A stretch of DNA of 64,000 bases, from NCBI RefSeq assembly GCF_016433145.1, contig NC_058135.1, positions 97,393,280 to 97,457,279 on the forward strand, given 5' to 3'. Both the position numbers and the translations under genes were made by a program. This DNA comes from Gracilinanus agilis (Eukaryota). Positions within the stretch are counted from its first letter, which is position 1. The number at the start of each line of letters is the position of its first letter. The notes below the pieces were generated by a model that saw nothing but the letters and a program-made list of their open reading frames with translations, had not been told where the DNA came from and ran no database searches. Positions 1-11,800 of the stretch are shown piece after piece.

Positions 1-171
1 CATAAGAGACTAAGAGGAAAATGGCTTCATAGAAAAATATTACTAATAAGTAATATAATTTTATATCAATTTTCCTCACTTTCTTATTTCAGCTCATATT
101 ATTTTATATACTTATATATTATGAATTATTTATAAGTGCTAAATACAAAGTAACATAATAGANATTTTATA

Positions 172-420
172 TCACTAATTTAAATAATAATTTATAATAT
201 GTTTATAAATATATAAAACAACACAGACATATTACTAATATAAATAATAATTTATAATATACTTATAAATATGTAAAATAATATAGCTCTGTTACTAATA
301 TAAATAATAATTTATAAATATGTAAAATAATATAGTCCTAATATTACTTCTATAAATAATAATTTATAATATATTCATAAATATTTAAAATAGTATGAAT
401 ATAAATTAAATCAAGTAATA
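172..420. repeat. AT-rich degenerate tandem repeat, unit about 52-60 bp, inside a low-complexity tract (about 30-560)
   Basis: taaataataatttataa recurs at 181, 241, 301 and 353. Confidence 0.8.
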
Positions 421-1984
421 TAATATAAATATATAAAATAATGTAAACAAATAAAATTTATAAAATAAGTTTATAAATATAAAATTTTTATTTTAATTTA
501 AAAATATGAAACTAAATAAATATAAATAAATATAAAATGATATAAATAAAATATAAATGCTAGCAATTAAGAACAGGAGTAAGTGGCAGAGACACAATTC
601 AAACTCAAGTCCCACTCTGAGTTCTGTACTCTTTCCATAATATCATGAACTCGTGCCCCTCTGTCTTTCATTCCTTCTGCAGTGCTAGCGTCTTAACCTC
701 CAGTCACGCAGATGTATTGCAGAAATGTTCCTTATATGTTGTCTGACCCTAATTTATACTTGTTGAATCAATATAATTCAGTCTTTGGAGATTTTCTCTG
801 ATTTGAGAGAATTGGTATCAGTACCACCTCTAGTAATAACCTTGCCAAAGGAAAAAAAAGTCCTCTTCCTAGGAGTAAGAAGCCTCTGAGACAAGTCTTC
901 CCGATTCCCAATGAATCTATGAGAGTTAATAACACTATCCATAGCATTCTTGAATCCATGACTGAAAAATATTTATTAAGAACCTGGCATATGGAAGGCA
1001 CTGTAGTAGGTGCTTGAGATGCTAATATCAAAGCAAGACTATTCTGCCCTCAAAAAAGTTTTATATTCTAGTAGAGAACACACATGGAAAAATGGTAGCC
1101 CAGGGAGGGGAATTTCATCTGTGGAGTCACAGAGATTGTTCATGGAGTCACGGTCCTGTTCATTTTTCTTGCCCTTTGGAATAGTTATAGGAGTATTGAT
1201 TTGCCTCTGCTGGCTGGCTGGCTGGGATGGGAAGTCTGAGGATGTCCAGATATAGTGAGTTAGCTGAGTTTGCGATCACTTATCCAGAAGAACTATCCAA
1301 ATCAGGATGGAGTTCCAAAGCTGAATTGATCAGCTCCCCCAACAGAGTGGACCGACGTGCTTTATAATCATATGAATAAGCAAGATTTGTCATATATTTT
1401 CAAGATATGCTAGTCAAGATCTTGATACTGATTTTGTTGCTGAGAAAATTAATAGGATCAAAAAAAATCGGCTTGTTTCTCTTCATGAGGCAGGTCTTCT
1501 CTAAGAGTATTTAGAGAAGACTTCATTTGGAGAAAACTTCCTAGTAATTATTTCATCTTCTTGACACTAAATTGAGTGGTTAAACACAATTAAATGTGCT
1601 TGAAAATCAGATTTAAAACAAAAAACATTAACAACAATTTATCACTAATGGCACTATTTAAATACAAAATAGTGTTTGGGAACAAAGGATTTATTTTTTT
1701 AGCATAATTAGAGACAAATGGAATTCTGGAGTCCGTAGTATATAAATAGGTGTCCATCTGCCCCACCACATAACTGCCAAAATTCTCCTTCAACTGCTTC
1801 TGTGGTTTTTTTTTTTAAGTACTCTGACATCTATAAGAAATTTAATCAGCTCCCCCTAGTGGCTAAAAAAAGAACAACCTGGCAACCAAGGATATGTTGG
1901 TTTACTATCTCAGATTTTGTTATTCCTGTTATATTCTAAGGTGAAAAAGTAGGGAAATCCTGAATTTCCAACCTGACAGGCCTT

Positions 1985-2165
1985 AAGATCACAGGCTTAG
2001 CACTGGAAAGGAACTCAGAGGTCACCTAATCCAACATCTTACAAGTTACAAATGAAGAAACTGAGTCTCAGAGTAATTGTGATTTATCCAAGGTAACAGA
2101 GTTAGTTGTGACAAAGATAATTATTAAATGCAGATCCTTGACTCCAGATCCTTCCACTGGACCTT
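1985..2165 (-). mobile_element. MIR/MIR3-type SINE relic
   Basis: CORE-like gaggtcacctaatccaac...atgaagaaactgag...gtgatttatccaaggt. Confidence 0.6.
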
Positions 2166-2662
2166 TCTGATTATAAACTATGAGGTTGTTCACATGTATG
2201 CTATGTGATAGGGCCCATCACAGGAAAATTCTCCCTCATGATTCATGAAATTTTCTACTTTTTTTACCCAAAATTCTGCCATCAAGAGATTAATTTAATT
2301 TTAACAAGTATAATCTTGATTTTAAATACAACTGGAGGCTTAAATAGACTGTCAGACATTTACATAGTAATATGAATAAGTAACCTTCACCTTTTCCAGT
2401 CCTGTCCCTTACTTCTTAATAACAAGATAAGATGGACAAAATGGAGAAATGGGAATTTTAATGAGCTAGAAATAAAGAAAAAAGGAAGAGAATACCTTAT
2501 AGAATAACAGGCTTGGGAAGAAAGTGCTGCAGAAGGGTACCAGAAAAAAACAAGAGGGACTCAGAAAAGTAGGTGGAAGGATACCAAAGAAATAAAGACT
2601 ACTTTGCAATCTGATAATGGCTCTCTCTAGCTTTAGGATTAGTGACTGTAAACTTTTGTTCA

Positions 2663-4083
2663 GATCAATCAATCAATCAATAAAGATTTATTAGGTGCCT
2701 TTACTACATGCCTATACTATGTGCCAAGTGCTGGGGCAAAAATAGTCCCTACCTTTAAAGAGTTTACAATCTAATGAGGAAGGCAACANNNNNNNNNNNN
2801 NNNNNNNNNNNNNNNNNNNNNNNNNNNNNNNNNNNNNNNNNNNNNNNNNNNNNNNNNNNNNNNNNNNNNNNNNNNNNNNNNNNNNNNNNNNNNNNNNNNN
2901 NNNNNNNNNNNNNNNNNNNNNNNNNNNNNNNNNCAAGCTAGATACAGGATAAATAGGAAATAATGAATAGAAGGAAGGCACTAGAATTAAGAAGGGTTGG
3001 AGAGGGCTTCCTGTAGAAGGTGCAATTTCAGTTGGGATTTAAAGGAAGCCAAGGAGGTCAGTAGTCAGAGGGGAGAAGGAAAATAGTCCAAGCATGGGAG
3101 ATAAGCCAGAGAGAAGGCTCAAGTTAAAAGATGGAGTATATCTTGTTTATGGAACAACCAGGAAGCCAGTGTCACTGAATCAAAGAAAATCTATTGGGTA
3201 GTAAGTTATAAGAAGACTGGAAAGGAAGGAGGGACCTAGGTTATGAAGGGTTTTGAGTACCAAACAGAACATTTTCTATTTGCACCTAGAGTCAATAGGA
3301 GCCACTGACATTTATTGAGTAGGGGCATGGCATGATTGGACCTGCACTTGAGGAAAATCACATTAGTGACTGAATGGAGGGTAGATTGGAGTGGTGGGTG
3401 GGGATCTGAAGCAGGCAGACCCACCAACAGGTTATTGCAGTAGACCAGGTTTGAGATGATGATGGTCTGCACTATTATGGCAGCAGTGTCAGAGGAGAGA
3501 AGTGGGTATATTGGACAGATGTTCAAAAGATGAAATTGAAAGGTTTTGGCAATAGCTTGGATTGGGGAAGGAGGAGACAAGAGATAGTGAGGAATTCAGG
3601 ATGACTCCTAGGTTGTGAGCCTGAGAGACAGGAAGATGATCTGGCCCTCACAGTAATAGGGGAAAAGATAATGAGCTCAGTTTTGGACTTACTGAGTTTA
3701 AGATGTGTCAGAAAGGAAGGAAGTCAGCAGAAAGATTAGGACAAGAAAGATAAATTTGAGAATCATCAACATAGAGACGGGATTAAATCCACGGGAGCTA
3801 ATAAGATCACCAAGTGAAGTAGTATAGAGGGAGAAGAAAAGAGGGACCAGGAGAGATCCCTGAGAGACACCTGTGGTTAAGGAGTGTGATCTACAGGAGG
3901 ATCTAGCAAAAGACACGGAGAAGGAGCAATCAGAGAGGGAGGAGGAAAACCAGGAGGAAGGTGGTGTCCCAAAAGAGACAAGAGTATTAAGGAATAATCA
4001 ATCGTATGAAAGGCTGCTGAAAGGTCAAGAAGAATGAGGACTGAGAAAAGGCCATTGGATTTGGCCACTAAGAGATCATTAGC
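2663..4083 (-). mobile_element. L2 LINE, 3' about 1.4 kb (decayed RT), interrupted by an N-gap
   Basis: (ATTG)n-type tail at 2663-2690; minus-strand peptides [43 protein letters not shown] and SNLVYCNNLLVGLP are L2 ORF2 motifs, broken by frameshifts. Confidence 0.9.
2789..2933. other. Assembly gap, 145 N
   Basis: Counted from the sequence. Confidence 1.
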
Positions 4084-7000
4084 AAGGGGACCAACAGGAG
4101 GCTTGACCCTGAGAACAACTAGACCTGAGACCTCGGGAGCCTAAAGAGTACAGACAGACCCTGGGCATGAGGATAAACCTGAGAGGGCGCTGGGCTAACA
4201 ATGGCAAGCCAGAGACAAGAACCCCAGAAGAGAAAGATCAAGAAGAAATCTTTAACACTCAACAACTTTTACACAGAAAAAAACAGAGCAAACAGCAGAG
4301 GAGAACAAAAAGTAATCATATCCAAACCTTCCCCAAAAAATGAGTTCAAATCTGAGATTATGAGAGAGATGGAAGAGATCTGGTAAGAAAATAACAGTTT
4401 AAAAGGCAGAATTTTGCAATTAGAAAGTGAGGCTCAGAAATCAAATGAATTGATAAGCAAATTGAAGACCAGAAATGACCAGCTGGAAGCCTTGAAGAAC
4501 CAAAAAGACCAGATTCAAAAGGAAAAACAAAAGATTATAGTCTCTAAAGGCTAGAATTGGGCAATTAGAAAAAGATGCCCCCAAATCAAAAGAATTGATA
4601 AGCAAATTGGAGACCAAAATCAAACAGCTATAAATCAGGATAGACCAAATCGAAAAGGAAAATCAAAAGAATATAGCAGAAAACCAGTCTCTAAAGGCTA
4701 GAATTGGGCAAGGAGAAGCCAATGATCTCTCAAGACAAGAAGAACAAATAAAGCAAAGTCAAAAGACTGATAAAATAAAAGGAAACATGAAATATCTCAC
4801 TGATAAACTGACAGATCAAGAAAACAGGTCTAGAGGAGATAATTTGAGAATCATTGGTCTTCCTGAAAAAGCAGAAATTAATAGAAATTTGGACTCCATA
4901 CTAAAGGAAATTATTCAGCAAAATTGCCCTGAAGTTCTACAACAAGAAGGCAATATAGACATTGAAAGGATCCATAGATCACCCTCTATACTAAACCCTG
5001 AAAAGACAACCCCCAGGAATATAATAGCCAAATTCAAGAGCTTCCAAGTAAAAGAAAAAATTTTACAAGAAGCCAGAAAGAGACAATTCAGATATCAAGG
5101 AGCACCAATCAGGATCACACAGGATCTGGCAGCCTCCACACTACAAGACCACAAGGCTTGGAATATGATATTCAGAAAGGCAAGAGAACTGGGTCTACAA
5201 CCAAGGATCACCTACCCATCAAAAGTGATTATATACTGCCAGGGGAAAGTATGGTCATTCAACAAGATAGAAGATTTCCAAGTATTTGCACAGAAAAAAC
5301 CAGGACTAAATGGAAAGTTTGATATCCAACCACAAAAAAAACAGGAGAAATATGAAAATGTAAATAAGAAACAGAAGGGAAAGAAAGAAAACTCTTATTT
5401 TTAATTTGCTTCTTTAAGGGCTTCAAAAAGATAAAATTGTTTGTATACCTATATGGAGAAATGTTATGTGTAATTTTCTGTAGTGAACTCTATTCACTAT
5501 TATAGTATCCACTATTATAGTAATTAGAAGAATTATTCACAAGGAGAGGTTGGAGTACTAAATGGTCTAAGATGATATGGGGGTGGGTGGGAAAGAGGAG
5601 GGTGAATAGTAGAGGACACCAAGAGAAACTTGAATGAATAAGAAAAATAGGATATTCTATTACACACAAAGAGGGCATGGGAAGGGGAGGGGATGAATAC
5701 TATTATAAGAAGGAGAGGAAGAAAGCATTAAGAGGTAATATTTAAACCTTACTCTCAGAGGAATTAACCCTGAGGGGGAAGAGTAGCTATATCCATTGAG
5801 ATATAGAACTCTATCTAACACTACTGAGAAAGTCAGAAGGGATAAACCAAGGGGAGCAGAGGAGTGGGGAGATCAAAAAAGAGAGGGGAGGAGAAGGGAG
5901 AAGAAATTCATTAGGCCTTAAAAATTAAAAGAGGGGAATAACAAGGGAGGGGGTAGAAAGGATAGTAAATCAAGGGAGGGGATAAGGGTTACTGGTTTAA
6001 AACAAATTACTGGTTTAAAAGGAAATAGCCTAAGAAGAAGGGGGTAGGACTAAGAGAGGATACCAAAATGTTGGGGAATACACAACTGATAATTATAACT
6101 CTGAATGTGAATGGGATGATTGATTATACTAAATTAAAAAGCTTTTGTACAAACAAAAACAATGCAACCAAAATCAGAAGGGAAACAACAAATTGGGAAA
6201 AAATCTTTATAACAAAAAACTCTGACAGGGGTCTAATTACTCAAATATACAAGGAGTTAAATCAATTGTATAAGAAAAATCAAGCCATTCCCCAATTGAT
6301 AAATGGGCAAGAGACATGAATAGGCAATTTTCAGATAAAGAAATCAAAAGTATCAATAAGTACATGAGAAAGTGCTCTAAATCTCTAATAATTAGAGAAA
6401 TGCAAATTAAAACAACACTGAGGTATCACTTCACACCTAGCAGATTGGCTAAATGATAGTATGGTAGAGTAATGAATATTGGAGGGGATGTGGCAAAATT
6501 GTGACATTAATGCATTGCTGGTGAAATTGTGAACTGATCCAACCATTCTGGATGGCAATTTGGCACTATGCTCAAAGGGTTATAAAAGATTGCCTGCCCT
6601 TTGATCCAGCCATACCATTGTTGGGTTTGTACCCCAAAGAGATCATAGATAAACAGACTTGTACAAAAATATTTATAGCCATGCTTTTTGTGGTGGTAAA
6701 AAACTGAAAAATGACGGTATGCCCTTCAATTGGGGAATGGCTGAACAAATTGTAGTATATGCTGGTGATGGAATACTATTGTGCTCAAAGGAATAATAAA
6801 CTGGAGGAATTCCATGTGAACTGGAAAGACCTCCAGGAATTGATGCAGAGCGAAAGGAGCAGAGGCAGAAGAACACTGTACACAGAGACTGATACACTGT
6901 GGTAAAATACAACGTAATGGACTTCTGTACTAGCAGCAGTGCAATGACCCAGGAAAATTCTGAGGAATTTATGGAAAAGAACGCAATCCACATTCAGAGG

Positions 7001-7290
7001 AAGAACTACAGGAGAGGAAACACAGAAGAAAAGCAGCTGCTTGAACGCATGGGTTGAGGCAGACATGATTGGGGATGTAGACCCAAAACTACCACACCAA
7101 TGCAACTATCAACAATTTGGAAATAGGTCTTGATCAATGACACATGTTAAAACCAGAGGAAATGTGCATCGGCTGGGGTGGGGGGGGGGGAGGTTGGAAG
7201 AGGTGAAGGGGTAAGTAAGAGCATGAATCATGTAACCATGATAACTTTTCTAAAAAATTAAAATTATTAAAAAAATTAAAAAATGAAAAT
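4084..7290 (+). mobile_element. Marsupial L1: partial 5'UTR, decayed ORF1, inter-ORF spacer, internally deleted ORF2, 3'UTR with G-tract and A-rich tail
   Basis: ORF1 RRM/CTD peptide ENRSRGDNLRIIGLPE...RITQDLAAST (4787-5404); ORF2 start LIIITLNVNGM fused to KLKSFCTNK...WEKIF; decayed CCHC knuckle near 6480-6550; G-rich tract 7172-7205. Confidence 0.95.
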
Positions 7291-7540
7291 GAAAGAATAG
7301 GGAGAGAGGGAGCCATGTGAGGTTTGAGGAGGGATGAATAGGCTTGGAAGAGCCAATGTGGAGTGTGGGATAATGATAATAGAGGAAGAGTAGGATTGAC
7401 TACCAATAGTGAGGGTCCAGTTGAGGTTATGCAACATAAATTTGTAGTGGACTGAGGCAAAATGTTTGAGTGATTTTCTTCCCTTTCATTCAGCAACATG
7501 CATGTGGGAGTGAAGGTGATGAATGGTGGGAATGATCCAA
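7290..7540 (-). mobile_element. Further L2 fragment right of the L1
   Basis: Purine-rich ggagagaggggagccatgtgaggtttgaggagg resembles the more 5' part of L2 ORF2 in the same orientation as 2663-4083. Confidence 0.5.
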
Positions 7541-8708
7541 GGCTGAGGCTTCAGACCACAAAAACCTCACCCATTTTCCTACTTATTTCACCAATCAATG
7601 CATTATAGCTATACTCTGCACCTAAGAATCATTTACTGAGCTCTGTGTTTTAATTAGCTATTTTTCCATTCCCAAAATGTGAGATTTAAGTCCTTAAAAC
7701 TAAATCATCAGAATTTGAGATTTTTCTGTTTACAAATCTTGTCTCTATCCTCTTCTCTTCCCTTCTTTTTCCCCTTTCTCTGCCTTTGCAATCTCATGCA
7801 CTGGTTCAACTATCACTTCTTTGAAGGTGATTCCCCAATCTGCATCTGTTAATGCTGCCATTTCACAAGCTCATCTTTATTGGAATAATGGAAAGAATGC
7901 TAATAAGAGAGTCAGGATACCTGAGTATGTAACTTAGGATAACTCAATTAATCTCCTGGGGCATCAGCTTCTTAATCTATAAAATAAAGAAGTTGGAATA
8001 GATGGTCACTAAGGTCCCTTTGAGTTATGACACTCAATTTATCTCAATCATCTACAAGACAACTACAACTGAATGTTCCTCCTTCTATACCTCAAATTTC
8101 ACATGTCCAACAAAAGCTCTTCAGAGTCCTCAAAAAAATTTTAAGAGTCTAAAAGGGTCCCAAAGCCAAAAAGTTTGAGAATAATTGCACTAAATCACAG
8201 TCACAAGTCATCCAAATAAGGAAGAAAAGGTGAAGGGAGGAATGAAAAAGTCTTTTGTATTTTCTGGGAACTTTCTGATGAATTTCGATTTTGAAAGGTT
8301 GTCCATAAAAGATTATGCCAGAGTAAATAACTCAGCAAGGATTTTTTTAAGGCAACTTAGAATCATAGACTATTAGAGCTGGAAGAGAATCAAGAGATTA
8401 TCTAGTCCAGATGAGGACAAGTGACTTGCCCAAAGTCACACAACTATTATATGATGAAAATAATCCAGAGTAAAAGCTCCTTACTACTCCATTTTCAGAG
8501 CTTAATATGAATAAACATGGACCCATAAAAATAATGTCAGGAAGCAGAGAAGTGATTACTAGAATTCTCCTTCCATCAAGATCCAGGAAGGACATGTGTG
8601 TTTACTCAGTCTGTAAGAGAACAAATTTCTCTTCCATGGACCTCCTCGTCTCCACATATCTTAATGCACCATAAGGAATTTGGAAGATGGGTGATTAAGA
8701 CACTAAGA

Positions 8709-8849
8709 CTCAAATCTGGCCTCAGATACTTCCTAGCTGTGTGACCCTGGGCAAGTCATTTAACCCCCATTGCCTAGCCTTTACCACTCTTCTGCTTTGG
8801 AACCAATTAACAGCATTGATTCTAAAACAGAAGATAAGGGTTAAAAAAA
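8709..8849 (+). mobile_element. SINE1_Mdo-type SINE, 5' truncated
   Basis: tctggcctcagatacttcctagctgtgtgaccctgggcaagtcatttaacccccattgcctagc...gattctaa...aagggttaaaaaa. Confidence 0.85.
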
Positions 8850-11800
8850 TACCAAGACCCTGGGGATGGGATGCTAGAAATGAGAAATGAATTCAAGAAA
8901 CCTTTCACTCACATTCCTCAAATTTAAAAAAAATTATTAGTTTTCTGTTTCTTATATAACCATGGTATCCCATATATCCTTCCCTTCCCTTAGAGCCATC
9001 ACATATGACAAATAGTGGGGTTTTTTAGAGAGGAAAAAAAATCAACATAACTGATAGGAACATCAAGAAAGTCCAAAATCATGTGTGATGTATAAAACAT
9101 ATGGACCTCCCACCTCCACTAAGAGATAGGTTGCTTCCTTTGATTGAAGGTTCTGAACTCTCATCCTTGAGATGAGAAACTCACTGGCAGAAGGAATAAT
9201 TGGAGGAGAAACGGAACAAGATTATCCACTCTCTGAGAATGTCTTTTTCTTTTTTTTCATTCTCTACCATGCTTAATACAATACGTAAAATAGAATAAGC
9301 ACCTGATAAACATTTGATGAATTGATAAATGATTAAAAATATCAAATGATTTCTGGTCTATCAACTCTTCCAACTATGCTACTTTAGAAATCTACCATAT
9401 TTACATGCATAATTTCCTCCTTTGACTCTTAAAATATTCAGAGTCAAACCAATAATAAGGTTACAGAAGCATAAAAGCCTAGATCTTCTTAACCTCGGCA
9501 GCATTCATTAATTTTTGAGATTCATCTTCAGTTACTAAAGAATAGCGATTCAATCTGAGTCACACAGCTTTCAGTGTCAGAGTTAATTGAAAGTGATGTA
9601 AAATCTAGACCTACTCTCATATCTCCCTTGCTCCAGCAATTCTTCAGTATTTAGAAAAGACTGCTTTTAAAAAGACAGTATGCGTTTTTGGAGAGAGACA
9701 AAGGGGAGAGAATCTACAAATTGATTAAAAGATGATGGAGGACTTCCTTTCCTTTCAAGTTTTAGGTTCTGATATAAGGACTTTTGGTCCAAGGGGAAAA
9801 GAATCTGATATCTTCTGCAGTCCTATCTCACTGTTTGAATCTTCTCATCGTATCGAAGGAATCAACAGCCTTGTATCTCCAGCCAAGAGGAGGTAGAAGT
9901 GAGAAAGAAATAAAGAGGGGCAAGAACAATGGGATAGAGGTGAAGGAATGAATGCTGATTAGCTATTTTACTCTTTTTAATTTTTTTATTTTACTCTTTT
10001 TAAAGGAAATTGGATGCTATTTTAATTTAATCTTTTCTTCTCCCTTGGTAAAAACAAAGCACATTCTGTTTTGTTGTGTTTTTTTTTAATTCTCTGTGGG
10101 CAGCAGTAGTGGCTATATCAAATCATAAGAAAAAAGGAGAGGAGGGAGAGTGATTTTGAATGAGAACCATTATTCTTTATTTTCTTCTTGAAATATTTGT
10201 GTGTGTAAAAATACTCAAGGGAGAAAGAGAAGTATCTGTACATTTAGCAGAAGAGCTGTTCTTTATTTAATATCCTTCCCATCAGCAGCAGAATAAAAAA
10301 AATGAAGCAAGCACTTAACTGGATGAATTAATAGAGATCCATCTGGAAAGACTCGTATTTTAATTTCTGCATTCTGCCCTATCACATGTTCATTTAGATA
10401 CATTAGTCTAATGTTACCCAGACCCATTAGATTGTCACTGTGCTCTGCATACTTCCATTCCCATTCCTGCTGATTAGCAATAGATCTGTTTTTAACAAGT
10501 AAAAGCTTTCTTTCTTCCTATCAACCTTCCATTCTAATCTTCGCTGGTGGTTTCAGTCTTAGTTGATAAGTTAGCCATGTCGTTTCTGCCTCCTTCATTC
10601 TAGGAATAACAATTCAACACCTGCCACATACCATTGGAAGGTGTGGAGACATTAGGGGAGTTGATGAGATAATTATTTCTCAGGGTGTAAACAACATAGA
10701 TCAAGTATCTCTATTATAGACAGCTAGGTACTTCCATTATTGAGAGTGGCTGTTAACATGAGCCAAGACTAAAGAAGACAATCATACTAGATTATTGATT
10801 ATAGAGAATTCACTGCAACCCATCAGTCAAGTGTTTTATTAGCTATCTCCCATAGGCTGAGCACAAAGCTAGAAATTTATAGGCAAAACAAAAGAAGTAT
10901 CAGACAAAGCCCTTGTAAGAACCTTATAATCTATCTAGGAAGATGAATTGAACACAGAAAACAATTGGAGAATAATTAAGGGCTAAACTTTGTAGGGCAC
11001 ACTATAAATTTAGAGGGAGAAAAGATGAGTGTGGACTATAATGCCTCTTTGAAGTTCACTTCCCCCAAACTGCACTAGGACTGGTGATACTACTAATACT
11101 ACTCCCAGTATTGTAGAGATAACCCTATGAGAAGCAATCCTTTCTAAAACTAGCTCATGAGCCCCAACTGGTGTTATTCCCTTTTAACAATCAGCTAATT
11201 TTCTTTAGCAATGGCATTTACTCAAATGGTATTATAAGGGAAATGGTTACAAAGTATTTCCCCAAAAGTAAAGGACTCTTCCCATAAATACAGAGTCTGA
11301 AGTTTGGGGAGAGAGAAGATGTGTATGTGAATTTAAAGGGAAATGGTAGTGAGATACATTTTTTGGTAACACACATGACCAAGACAACTCACAACTCTAG
11401 ACTGCAAGGTCCCACTATCCAGAGGTTTCTCATAAGTTGGTGATGGGTTGTGATGTTTCTGATCGATGGCTCAATCCTCTCCCCAAGTGGACTGGTTCCT
11501 CAGGGGTAGTATGTTGGCTATATGGCTTAATCAGCTCTTGAGGCCCCTTTCTCTTATTAGAGGGTAGAGAGCTCTTCCCCAGACCTCCATTTAAGGAGGG
11601 AAACCTGAAGATCACTTTAGCCTTGGAATTCATACCTTATCAGAATCCTCTGCCCTCAGCAACCCTTCCTCTGAATGGAGGGTAAAGAGACGCCCCCTAG
11701 AATCTCTATTTAAGGAGAGAACCTTGACCATTTATCTCTTAATTTCCAACCTGGCAGCACTTTTCTGGTCTTCTCCATTTTGCCCCAGCCTCAAATATCT

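Noticed and set aside
3236-4068. RT-like ORFs as a functional gene
   Set aside because: Frameshifted fragments of a decayed L2 ORF2
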